This document shows, in pieces, positions 10,854 through 25,551 of a DNA stretch of 32,000 nucleotides. Position numbers and translations under genes: made by a program. This DNA comes from Kineococcus radiotolerans SRS30216 = ATCC BAA-149 (GTDB lineage: Bacteria; Actinomycetota; Actinomycetes; Actinomycetales; Kineococcaceae). The stretch covers positions 4,020,001-4,052,000 of the forward strand of contig NC_009664.2 in assembly GCF_000017305.1 (NCBI RefSeq). Reading direction: 5' to 3'. The notes under the pieces were generated by a model, which was not told where the DNA came from, did not search any database, and saw nothing but the letters and a program-made list of their open reading frames with translations. The stretch's first letter is position 1; each line of letters begins with the position of its first letter.

Positions 10854-11267
10854 ATGACCGGCGTGTCCTCGTCCCCCCCTCCCGCGACCGGCCCCGCGAC
10901 CGTGCCCCCGCTCGACCCGGCGCTGGCCGCCCGGCTGAAGCGCACCGACACCGGTCTCGTGTGCGCGGTCGTCCAGCAGCACGACACCCGCGAGGTCCTC
11001 ATGGTCGCCTGGATGGACGACGAGGCCCTCGCCAGCACCCTGGCCACCGGCCGGGCCACGTACTACTCCCGCAGCCGGCGCTCGCTGTGGCGCAAGGGCG
11101 ACACCTCCGGGCACGTCCAGTGGGTCAAGCGGGTGTCGCTGGACTGCGACGGCGACGCGCTGCTCGTGGAGGTCGACCAGGTCGGGGCGGCCTGCCACAC
11201 CGGGGACCGCACCTGCTTCGACGCCTCCCCGCTGCCGGTCCGGGTGGGCTCGCGGGCGGAGGCGTGA
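10854..11267 (+). CDS. hisI: phosphoribosyl-AMP cyclohydrolase
   Basis: 137 aa. Motifs: [60 protein letters not shown]. Confidence 0.95.
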   Translation: MTGVSSSPPPATGPATVPPLDPALAARLKRTDTGLVCAVVQQHDTREVLMVAWMDDEALASTLATGRATYYSRSRRSLWRKGDTSGHVQWVKRVSLDCDGDALLVEVDQVGAACHTGDRTCFDASPLPVRVGSRAEA

Positions 11268-11863
11268 GCGCCGGCCGCGGACGCGGCCCGCTGCTGCTGA
11301 CCGGCGCGGCCGGGGCCGTCCTCGCCCTCGCCGCGGGCGCGCCCACGTGGGTCACCGGGTCGGTGCCCACCGCGACCGGGACGGCCGCCGTGGTGGCCAC
11401 CGGCCGCGACGGCGCCCCCGCGGCCACCGCCCTGGCCCTGGTGAGCCTGGCCGCCGTGGTGGCCTCCACGCTGGGCCGGCGGCTGGCGCGCACCGTCGCC
11501 GCCCTCGTCCTGGTCCTCGGGGGGGCCGGGACGGTCCTGGCCAGCCTCGCCGTCGCCACCGCCCCGCAGGACGCCCTCGCCGCCCCCGCCCGCGCCGCCA
11601 GCGGCACCACCGGGGCCGTCCTCGCCGGGGAGCCCTCGGTCCGGCCCTGGCCCGTCGTGTCCGCCGCGGGCGGGGCGCTGGTGCTGGTCGCCGGCGCGGG
11701 GGTGCTGCTGCGCTCGCGCCGCTGGGCGCGGGAGGGCGACCCCGCCGCGACGTCCACGCGCCACGAGCGCGACGCCACCCGGATCCGCACCGCCCCGGCC
11801 CCCGGCGACGACCCCGCGGCGGCCTGGGACTCCCTGACCCACGGCGAGGACCCGACCCGCTGA
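11264..11863 (+). CDS. Trp-region conserved membrane protein (TIGR02234-like)
   Basis: The GTG start overlaps the hisI stop (GTGA). It has four Ala/Leu/Val-rich hydrophobic segments and an Arg/Asp-rich tail. It holds the position upstream of trpC that this family usually occupies. Confidence 0.7.
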   Translation: MSAGRGRGPLLLTGAAGAVLALAAGAPTWVTGSVPTATGTAAVVATGRDGAPAATALALVSLAAVVASTLGRRLARTVAALVLVLGGAGTVLASLAVATAPQDALAAPARAASGTTGAVLAGEPSVRPWPVVSAAGGALVLVAGAGVLLRSRRWAREGDPAATSTRHERDATRIRTAPAPGDDPAAAWDSLTHGEDPTR

Positions 11864-11969
11864 AGCCGCCCGGCCCGGGCCGACCCACCACGCCCGGCGG
11901 AGCGGAGGGGGGGTGGGTACGGTGTGCGTCGTACCCCCAGCAGGTCCGCACCGTCCCCAGGAGCCCAGC

Positions 11970-12251
11970 GTGAGCAGCCAGCAGACCCCGTCGTCCCCCC
12001 ACGGGCCCGCCGACATCGCCGACGAGCACGGTCACGGGCACAGCGTGGCGGCGTGGGCCGGGGTCGCGGTCTGCCTGCTCGGCTTCCTCATCCTCTGCCT
12101 CGCGGTCGTCTTCCCGAGCTGGACGTGGGGGATCGTCGGCGGGGTCGTCATCCTGGCCTCCCTCGTCGTCGCCGCCGTCCTGGCCAGGGCCGGGTACGGG
12201 GTCAAGGGCGCCGACGGCAAGCCCGTCGGAGCCTCGCGCCCCAAGCGCTGA
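11970..12251 (+). CDS. small membrane protein, HGxxPAAW-family-like (HGHSVAAW motif)
   Basis: GTG start 6 nt after AGGAG (an alternative GTG lies at 11913). The [10 protein letters not shown] motif is followed by two TM helices. Conserved position just upstream of trpC. Confidence 0.65.
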   Translation: MSSQQTPSSPHGPADIADEHGHGHSVAAWAGVAVCLLGFLILCLAVVFPSWTWGIVGGVVILASLVVAAVLARAGYGVKGADGKPVGASRPKR

Positions 12252-12318
12252 GACCCCTCCCGCGCGGGCCCGCCCCAGTGGTGTCCGGACGGCCGCCGGC
12301 CGGGGATACCCTCGACCC

Positions 12319-13139
12319 GTGACGGTCCTCGACGACATCCTGGCCGGCGTCCGCGAGGACCTGGCGGCCCGCAAGGCGCTCACCACCCTCGACGAGCTCA
12401 AGGAACGGGCCCACCGCCAGGTCCCCGCGAAGGACGCGCAGGGGCTGCTGAAGCCGCGCGACGCCGAGCAGCGCGGGGTCAAGGTCATCGCCGAGGTCAA
12501 GCGCCGGAGCCCCTCCAAGGGCGCGCTGGCGACCATCCCCGACCCGGCCGCCCTCGCCGAGCAGTACGAGCTCGGCGGCGCCACGGTCATCTCCGTCCTC
12601 ACCGAGCAGCGCCGCTTCGGCGGCAGCCTCGAGGACCTGCGCGCCGTCCGGTGCGCGGTCGACGTCCCCGTGCTGCGCAAGGACTTCGTCGTCGACTCGT
12701 ACCAGCTGTGGGAGGCCCGCGCCTGGGGAGCCGACGTCGTGCTCCTCATCGTGGCCGCCCTCGAACAGGAAGCCCTCGTGTCGCTCATCGAACGCACCCG
12801 GTCCCTCGGGATGACCGCGCTGGTGGAGGTGCACACGGCCGAGGAGGTCGCGCGCGCCCTCGACGCCGACGCCCGGGTCGTGGGGGTCAACAACCGCAAC
12901 CTCAAGACCCTCGAGGTCGACAACGCCACCTTCGCCGACCTGGCCCCCCTCATCCCCGACCACGTCGTGCGGATCGCCGAGTCCGGGGTCTCCGGGCCGC
13001 GCGACGTCGTCGAGTTCGCCCGCGCGGGTGCCGACGCCGTCCTCGTGGGCGAGACCCTGGTCCGGGGCGAGGATCCCCGCCGCGCCGTGGCCGACCTGGT
13101 CGCCGCGGGTGCGCACCCGGCCGTGCAGGCGGTGCGCCC

Positions 13140-13143
<4 letters not shown>
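12319..13143 (+). CDS. trpC: indole-3-glycerol phosphate synthase
   Basis: 274 aa. Motifs: [36 protein letters not shown]. Confidence 0.95.
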
Positions 13144-14434
<1,291 letters not shown>

Positions 14435-14441
<7 letters not shown>

Positions 14442-15277
14442 GCGCCGTGGGACCGAGCACCACCGGGGCCGCACCCCGCACCGGCACGGCCGGCGCCGCG
14501 ATCGACCGCGCCAAGGCCGACGGGCGCGCGGCGCTGGTCGCCTACCTGCCCGTGGGCTTCCCCGACGTCGACGCCTCGGTCGAGGCCGCCAAGGCCGCCG
14601 TGGCCGGGGGCGCGGACGTCGTGGAGCTGGGCCTGCCCTACTCCGACCCGACGATGGACGGCGCCACGATCCAGCGCGCCGTCGACGTCGCCCTCGCCCG
14701 GCGGACGCGGCCGGTCGACGTGCTGCGCGCGGTCGAGGCCGTGGCCTCCACCGGCGCCGCGGTGCTCGTCATGACCTACTTCCCGCCGATCGACCGCTAC
14801 GGGGTGGACCGCTGGGCCGCGGACCTGGCCAACGCCGGGGGAGCGGGGCTCATCACGCCCGACCTCGTCCCCGACGAGGCCGCCGACTGGATCGCGGCCA
14901 GCGACGAGCACGACCTCGAGCGCGTCTTCCTCGTCGCCCCCAGCTCCACCGACGCCCGGCTGCGCTCGACCTCCGCGGCGTGCCGCGGGTTCGTCTACGC
15001 GGCCTCGTTGATGGGGGTCACAGGAACCCGTGCGAGCGTGGGGGCCGGTGCGGCCGAACTCGTCCGGCGCACCCGGGCGGCCGGGACCGAGCGCGTGTGC
15101 GTCGGGCTCGGGGTGTCCACCCCGGCCCAGGCCACCGAGGTCGCCGCCTACGCCGACGGCGTGATCGTCGGCTCCGCCTTCGTCCAGCGCCTGCTGGAGG
15201 CGGACTCGACCGCCGCCGGGGCCCGGGCCGTGGGGGAGTTCGCGCAGTCCCTCGCCGAGGCCGTCCGCACCGGCTGA
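14435..15277 (+). CDS. trpA: tryptophan synthase alpha chain
   Basis: The start overlaps the trpB stop (GTG at 14435 or 14438). Motifs: [34 protein letters not shown]. Confidence 0.93.
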
Positions 15278-15318
15278 CCCGCCCGATCGATGAGCACCCC
15301 GCCCGAGGAGACCCGCAC

Positions 15319-16146
15319 GTGAGCACGAAGAAGCCCGGTGGCCACCCCGCACGAGCCGGGCGGGCCGAGGACGCCCGCGAGGCGCGGCGGGCCAAGGCCG
15401 CGGCCCTGCGCCAGCGCGAGCTGGCCCGTGAGCGCAGCCGCCGGGTCGTGCTCGTCAGCCTCGTCGTCGTGGTCGTGCTCGCCCTGGTCGCCGTCGTCGC
15501 GGTGGTCGTCGTCCGCGCGAACCGGGACGACCCCGCGGCCGCGCAGGCGGTCCCGCCCAGCGCCGCCGCGCAGGGCGCGGGCTACGTGCTCCCCGGCACC
15601 CCCGCGGCGGGGGCGCCGACCGTCGACATCTGGCTCGACTACCAGTGCCCGTACTGCAAGGAGTTCGAGGACGCGGCCGGCGACGCCTACGTGGAGCTCG
15701 CCGCGAGCGGGCAGGCGGAGGTCGTCGTGCACACCCTGACCTTCCTCGACGGCAACCTGGGCAACGACGCCTCGCAGCGCGCGGCCGAGGCGGCGGCCGC
15801 GGCCGACGCGCAGGGGAGGTTCGTGGAGTACACGGAGGTCGTCTTCGCCCACCAGCCCGAGCGGGAGGGGACCGGCTACACCGACGCCCAGCTGAGGCAG
15901 TTCGCCCAGGACGCCGGGGTCCCCGACCTGGCGGCCTGGGAGGCCGCCTACGAGGGCCACGCCTACCGCGACCACGTGCGGGCGGTCGCGGACTCCATGC
16001 GGGCCAACGACGTCAGCGGCACCCCGACGGTCACCGTGACGCCCCCCGGCGGGGAGAAGCGGGCGATCCCGGCCGAGGAGCTCCTCGGCGCCGACCCCGC
16101 CGGCGCGCTGCAGCGGGCGGTCACCGCGGCGACGGTCGCGCCGTGA
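15319..16146 (+). CDS. membrane-anchored DsbA-family thiol:disulfide oxidoreductase (thioredoxin fold, CPYC active site)
   Basis: GTG start after GAGGAG. Basic N-terminus, one TM helix (VVLVSLVVVVVLALVAVVAVVVV), then WLDYQCPYCKEF and GTPTV (cis-Pro loop type). Confidence 0.8.
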   Translation: MSTKKPGGHPARAGRAEDAREARRAKAAALRQRELARERSRRVVLVSLVVVVVLALVAVVAVVVVRANRDDPAAAQAVPPSAAAQGAGYVLPGTPAAGAPTVDIWLDYQCPYCKEFEDAAGDAYVELAASGQAEVVVHTLTFLDGNLGNDASQRAAEAAAAADAQGRFVEYTEVVFAHQPEREGTGYTDAQLRQFAQDAGVPDLAAWEAAYEGHAYRDHVRAVADSMRANDVSGTPTVTVTPPGGEKRAIPAEELLGADPAGALQRAVTAATVAP

Positions 16147-17147
16147 TCCCCGCCGCCCTGGCCGCCGCCCTGCCCAGCCCCACGGTCGGCGTCTGGCACC
16201 TGGGCCCGGTCCCGCTGCGCGCCTACGCGCTGTGCATCGTGGCCGGCATCGTCCTCGGGGTCGTCATCGCCGAACGCCGGTGGCAGGCCAAGGGCGGCCG
16301 CAAGGACTTCGTGCTCGACGCCGCCGTGTGGGCCGTGCCCTTCGGCGTGGTCGGGGCGCGCCTCTACCACGTCGTCACCTCCCCCCAGGCCTACTTCGGC
16401 GAGGGCGGGGACCCCGTCCGGGCCCTGTACCTGTGGCAGGGCGGCCTGGGCATCTGGGGCGCCATCGCCGGGGGGGCCCTGGGCGTCTGGATCGCCTGCC
16501 GCCGCGCGGGGTACCGGCTGGCGCCGATGGCCGACGCGATGGCCCCCGGGCTGCTGGTCGCCCAGGCCCTGGGCCGCTGGGGCAACTGGTTCAACAACGA
16601 GCTCTACGGCCGGGCCACCGACCTGCCCTGGGCGCTGACCGTCCACCGCTGGGACGAGTCCGCCGGACGGGCCGTCACCGGCGCCGACGGCACCCCGCAG
16701 GTACTGGGCACCTTCCACCCCACGTTCCTCTACGAGTCGCTGTGGTGCCTGGCCGTCGCCGCGGCGATCGTCGTGCTCGACCGCCGGTACCGCCTGCGCC
16801 ACGGGCAGGCGTTCCTGCTCTACGTCGCGCTGTACTGCCTCGGGCGCAGCTGGTTCGAGGACCTGCGCATCGACGCCGCCAACGAGGTCGCGGGCCTGCG
16901 CGTCAACCAGTGGGTGGCCGGGATCGTCCTCGTGCTCGCCCTGGTCGCGTTCGTCCGCTCGCGCCGGGCGCACGCCGGGGAGGGTGGTCAGCCGGAGGTC
17001 CTGGAGCGGGTAGCCTCCTCCGAGTCGCCGACGGCCACCAGCCCGTCCAGCGGCGCCGCGACGCAGAGCGGGGGACCGACCGTCCCCACGACCGGCGCTC
17101 GCCCCTCACCGGACCGGGACGACCGGCCGGACGCGCGCGATTCGTGA
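16143..17147 (+). CDS. lgt: prolipoprotein diacylglyceryl transferase
   Basis: The GTG start overlaps the upstream stop (GTGA). Motifs: GARLYHV, GGLGIWGA, LGRWGNWFNNELYG, HPTFLYESLW. It has a roughly 60-aa low-complexity Ser/Pro/Thr/Arg C-terminal tail. Confidence 0.93.
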   Translation: MIPAALAAALPSPTVGVWHLGPVPLRAYALCIVAGIVLGVVIAERRWQAKGGRKDFVLDAAVWAVPFGVVGARLYHVVTSPQAYFGEGGDPVRALYLWQGGLGIWGAIAGGALGVWIACRRAGYRLAPMADAMAPGLLVAQALGRWGNWFNNELYGRATDLPWALTVHRWDESAGRAVTGADGTPQVLGTFHPTFLYESLWCLAVAAAIVVLDRRYRLRHGQAFLLYVALYCLGRSWFEDLRIDAANEVAGLRVNQWVAGIVLVLALVAFVRSRRAHAGEGGQPEVLERVASSESPTATSPSSGAATQSGGPTVPTTGARPSPDRDDRPDARDS

Positions 17148-17263
17148 TGATCCGGTGACGTCGGAGTGCTCCTGAGCACGGCGTCACGCGCGTTACAGTG
17201 AGGTGAACGCGGGTCAGCGCCGCCCTGCGTTCGTGGTGCGCGCCCTCCAGGCGCGAGCCTCAT

Positions 17264-17334
17264 CTCGAAGAGACTCACCCGGCTCACCGAGATCCGCCCC
17301 CGTGGCGAACGCTCGAAGAGATCCGTCGAGAGAC
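17264..17334 (+). repeat. direct repeats CTCGAAGAGA (twice, 48 nt apart) plus a degenerate third copy GTCGAGAGAC in the gltB 5' region
   Basis: Copies at 17264-17273, 17312-17321 and 17325-17334. GAGATCCG also occurs twice (about 17288 and 17318). Confidence 0.5.
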
Positions 17335-17377
17335 CCCCTGTCCACTCGAGGTCGCCCGTGACCTCTCTCCGAGGACG

Positions 17378-21989
<4,612 letters not shown>

Positions 21990-21997
<8 letters not shown>

Positions 21998-23447
21998 TCC
22001 CCGAGGGTTCCTGAAGGTCCGCGACCGGGAGCTGCCCCCGCGCCGTCCCGTCCCGCTGCGCCTCATGGACTGGCGCGAGGTCTACGAGAAGCAGGACCTC
22101 GACCAGCTCAAGCGCCAGGCCGGGCGCTGCATGGACTGCGGCATCCCGTTCTGCCACAACGCCTGCCCGCTGGGGAACCTCATCCCCGAGTGGAACGACC
22201 TGGTCAGCCGCGGTGACATGCGCGAGGCCATCGAGCGCCTGCACGCGACGAACAACTTCCCCGAGTTCACCGGGAAGCTGTGCCCCGCTCCGTGCGAGTC
22301 GGCCTGCGTGCTGGGCATCAACCAGCCGCCGGTGACGATCAAGCAGGTCGAGGTGATGATCGCGGAGAACGCCGCCGAGCACGGCTGGCTGGAGCCGCGC
22401 GTCCCCGAGCGCCTCACCGGCAAGACCGTCGCCGTCATCGGCTCCGGCCCGGCCGGGCTCGCGGCGGCGCAGCAGCTCACCCGGGCCGGTCACACCGTCG
22501 CCGTGTACGAGCGCGACGACAAGATCGGCGGGCTGATGCGCTACGGCATCCCCGAGTTCAAGATGGAGCGCGCGGTGCTGGACCGCCGGCTGGCCCAGAT
22601 GGAGGCCGAGGGCACCCGCTTCCGGGCGGGGGTGGACATCGGCACGGACATCACCGGCGAGCAGCTGCGCGAGCGCTACGACGCCGTCGTCGTGGCCACC
22701 GGGGCGACCCAGTGGCGCGACGTGGACCTGCCCGGGCGCGAGCTCGCGGGCGTGCACCAGGCGATGGAGTACCTGCCCCCCACCAACCGCGTCGCGGTCG
22801 GGGAGGAGCGCCCGGCGGACTACGTCGACGCGGCCGGTCTCGACGTCGTCGTCATCGGCGGCGGCGACACCGGCTCGGACTGCTACGGCACCGCCCTGCG
22901 CCAGGGGGCGCGGTCGGTGACGCAGCTGGACATCTACCCGGCGGCCCCGGGCGAGCGCACCGAGGACGAGCCGTGGCCGACGATGCCGAAGGTGTTCTCG
23001 GTGTCCTCCTCCCACGAGGAGGGCGGTGAGCGGAAGTTCTCCGCCTCCACCCGGGCGCTGATCGGCGAGGACGGCCGGGTCACCGCGCTGCGCGTCGTCG
23101 AGGTCCGCAAGGTCGACGGCACGTGGACCCCGGTCGAGGGCACCGAGCAGGACCTGCCGGCCCAGCTGGTCCTGCTGGCCATCGGGTTCTCCGGACCCGA
23201 GCACGGCGGGCTCGTCGAGCAGCTCGGCCTGCAGGCCGACGCCCGCACGCGCTTCACCCGGACCCCGGGCTACGCGACCTCCACCCCGGGCGTCTTCGTC
23301 GCCGGCGACGCCGGTCGCGGGCAGTCGCTCATCGTGTGGGCCATCGCCGAGGGCCGCGCCTGCGCCTCGGCCGTGGACGAGTTCCTCATGGGCGACACCG
23401 CCCTGCCCTCGCCCATCCGGGCCGACGCGGTCCCGCTGACGGCCTGA
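21990..23447 (+). CDS. gltD: glutamate synthase small subunit (NADPH-dependent)
   Basis: The ATG start overlaps the end of gltB by 8 nt. Motifs: [44 protein letters not shown]. Confidence 0.95.
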
Positions 23448-23458
23448 CCGGCCCGTCC

Positions 23459-23499
23459 ACGACGAGGGGCGCCACCCACCGGGTGGCGCCCCTCGTCGT
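23459..23499. terminator. 19-bp perfect stem-loop between convergent gltD and the small acidic gene (bidirectional terminator candidate)
   Basis: acgacgaggggcgccaccc-acc-gggtggcgcccctcgtcgt, read directly. Confidence 0.65.
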
Positions 23500-23541
23500 C
23501 GTGGCCCTCGTCGTGCCCCGCGGGTCCGGGCCCGCGGGGTC

Positions 23542-23922
23542 TCACCAGGCGGCGATCTCGTCCTGCCCGTAGGTCCACACGGCGCTGTCGCTGAGCACGG
23601 TGACGTCGGCGGCCGAGGGGGACAGGCCCCGGGCCGCCGCGGCCTCGGTGACGCGCTGCAGGGCGTGGCGGGCCGCGCCCTGCGCGTCGAGGCCGTCGCC
23701 GTCGACGCTGAGGACGACGTCGTGCTCGGGGGCGTCGACCCGTTCCACGCGCGGGTGGGCCGCGTGCAGGTCGGCGACCAGGCCCGCGACCGCGCCGGCG
23801 GGCCACTCCCCGTCCTCGTGCAGGCGGAGGTAGACGGCGTACTCGTGCTCGATGGCCTCTTCAACGAGCTCGTCGATCTCGTGCTCGAAGTCCTTCTGGT
23901 GCTGGGGCTCCTGCGTGTTCAC
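23542..23922 (-). CDS. hypothetical small acidic protein (about 127 aa), no family recognised
   Basis: Strong GC3 codon bias on the minus strand. GTG at 23922 (VNTQEPQHQKDFEHEIDELVEE...) is the most plausible start. The upstream Arg/Pro-rich part of the 189-aa track ORF looks non-coding. Confidence 0.6.
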   Translation of the reverse strand: MNTQEPQHQKDFEHEIDELVEEAIEHEYAVYLRLHEDGEWPAGAVAGLVADLHAAHPRVERVDAPEHDVVLSVDGDGLDAQGAARHALQRVTEAAAARGLSPSAADVTVLSDSAVWTYGQDEIAAW

Positions 23923-24060
23923 GGGGTCAGCATGACGTGGGCGCCCGGCCTCGGCACGCCGGGCCGCGCAGGTGCCGGGCGGGTGGCGGTGCGGTGGACG
24001 TCGCGGTCGTGGCGCGCCCCACCCGCCGGTCCCGGGGCGGGGCCCAATAGGCTCGGGGTC

Positions 24061-25500
24061 ATGCGCAGAGCGAAGATCGTCTGCACCCTCGGGCCCGCGG
24101 TCGCGGGTCACGACGGGTTGCGGTCACTGGTGGACGCCGGGATGGACGTCGCCCGACTGAACTTGAGCCACGGCTCCCACGACGACCACCGCGCGAACTT
24201 CGAGGGGGTGCGGGCGGCGGCGGCCGCCACCGGACGGTCGGTGGCGATCCTCGCGGACCTGCAGGGCCCCAAGATCCGCCTCGGGAGGTTCGCCGACGGG
24301 CCCCACGACCTCGCGGTCGGTGACGTGTTCACGATCACCACCGAGGACGTGGTGGGGACCCGGGAGATCTGCTCCACGACCTACGCCGGCCTGCCGGGGG
24401 ACGTGTCGGTGGGTGACGCGATCCTCATCGACGACGGCAAGGTGGGTCTCGTGGTCACCGCCGTCGAGGGCCCGCGGGTCACCACGCTGGTGACCGTCCC
24501 CGGCCCGGTCAGCAACAACAAGGGCATCAACCTGCCCGGGGTCGCGGTGAGCGTCCCGGCGCTGTCGGAGAAGGACGTCGAGGACCTCCGCTTCGCCCTC
24601 CGGCTCGGCGTCGACATGGTCGCGCTGTCGTTCGTCCGCTCCGCCGCGGACGCCGACGACGTGCACAAGGTCATGGACGAGGAGGGGATCACCGTCCCCG
24701 TCATCGCCAAGGTCGAGAAGCCGCAGGCCGTGCAGAACCTGCGCGAGGTCGTCGCCGCCTTCGACGGCATCATGGTCGCCCGCGGCGACCTCGGCGTCGA
24801 GCTGCCGCTGGAGGAGGTGCCGCTGGTCCAGAAGCTGGCCATCGAGCTGGCCCGCCGCCAGGCCAAGCCGGTCATCGTCGCCACCCAGATGCTCGAGTCG
24901 ATGATCACCGCTCCGCGCCCGACCCGCGCGGAGGCCTCCGACTGCGCCAACGCCGTCCTCGACGGCGCCGACGCGCTCATGCTCTCCGGCGAGACCAGCG
25001 TGGGGGCGTTCCCCTACGAGGCCGTCCGGACGATGGCCCGCATCATCGAGAACACCGAGACCCACGGCGCCGAGCGGATCGCCGCCCTGGGCACCGTGCC
25101 GCACACCAAGGGCGGGGCCATCACCCTGGCCGCCGCCGAGGTCGGCAAGCAGCTCGACGCCAAGCTGCTGGTGACGTTCACCCAGTCCGGCGACTCCGCG
25201 CGCCGGCTGTCCCGGCTGCGCTCGGGCATCCCGCTGCTGGCCTTCACCCCCGACGAGGCGACCCGCCGGCGCCTGGCCCTGTCCTGGGGCATCGAGCCGG
25301 AGTTCGCGGCCTTCATCTCCACCACCGACGAGATGGTCAAGGAGGTGGACCGCCGCCTGCAGGAGATGGGCCGCTGCGCCGTCGGCGACCTCGTCGTCAT
25401 CGTGGCCGGTGCCCCCCCGGGGATCGTCGGCTCCACCAACGCCCTGCGCGTGCACCGCATCGGCGACGCGACGTCGGGGATGTCGGCGGCCTACGCCTGA
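24061..25500 (+). CDS. pyk: pyruvate kinase
   Basis: 479 aa. Motifs: MRRAKIVCTLGP, ARLNLSHG, DLQGPKIR, VARGDLGVE, ATQMLESM, MLSGETS. Confidence 0.95.
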   Translation: MRRAKIVCTLGPAVAGHDGLRSLVDAGMDVARLNLSHGSHDDHRANFEGVRAAAAATGRSVAILADLQGPKIRLGRFADGPHDLAVGDVFTITTEDVVGTREICSTTYAGLPGDVSVGDAILIDDGKVGLVVTAVEGPRVTTLVTVPGPVSNNKGINLPGVAVSVPALSEKDVEDLRFALRLGVDMVALSFVRSAADADDVHKVMDEEGITVPVIAKVEKPQAVQNLREVVAAFDGIMVARGDLGVELPLEEVPLVQKLAIELARRQAKPVIVATQMLESMITAPRPTRAEASDCANAVLDGADALMLSGETSVGAFPYEAVRTMARIIENTETHGAERIAALGTVPHTKGGAITLAAAEVGKQLDAKLLVTFTQSGDSARRLSRLRSGIPLLAFTPDEATRRRLALSWGIEPEFAAFISTTDEMVKEVDRRLQEMGRCAVGDLVVIVAGAPPGIVGSTNALRVHRIGDATSGMSAAYA

Positions 25501-25510
25501 GCCCGGACGG

Positions 25511-25545
25511 CGAGAGCCCCGGAGCACGTCGCTCCGGGGCTCTCG
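25511..25545. terminator. 15-bp perfect stem-loop between pyk and the convergent tRNA
   Basis: cgagagccccggagc-acgtc-gctccggggctctcg, read directly. Confidence 0.65.
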
Positions 25546-25551
25546 CGCACG

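Noticed and set aside
9252-11198. N-terminal roughly 650 codons of the 1068-aa minus-strand ORF 7992..11198
   Set aside because: Only the last 419 codons (from ATG 9251) look like a real protein (Eis-like GNAT). The remainder runs antisense through hisF, the DinB-like gene region and hisI, and is Arg/Gly/Pro low-complexity.
17155-17187. Imperfect hairpin after lgt (GTGACG...GTGCTC-CT-GAGCAC...CGTCAC) as a terminator feature
   Set aside because: The stem is interrupted by asymmetric bulges and has no U-tract. It is plausible as the lgt terminator but too weak to list as a supported feature.
17192-17208. Calling the GTTAC-N6-GTGAAC site a bona fide GlnR box
   Set aside because: The a-site fits the gTnAc consensus, but the b-site AAC is offset by 1 nt from the gTnAc-n6-GaAAc consensus. 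Without a genome-wide scan or binding data it stays an unassigned shared motif.
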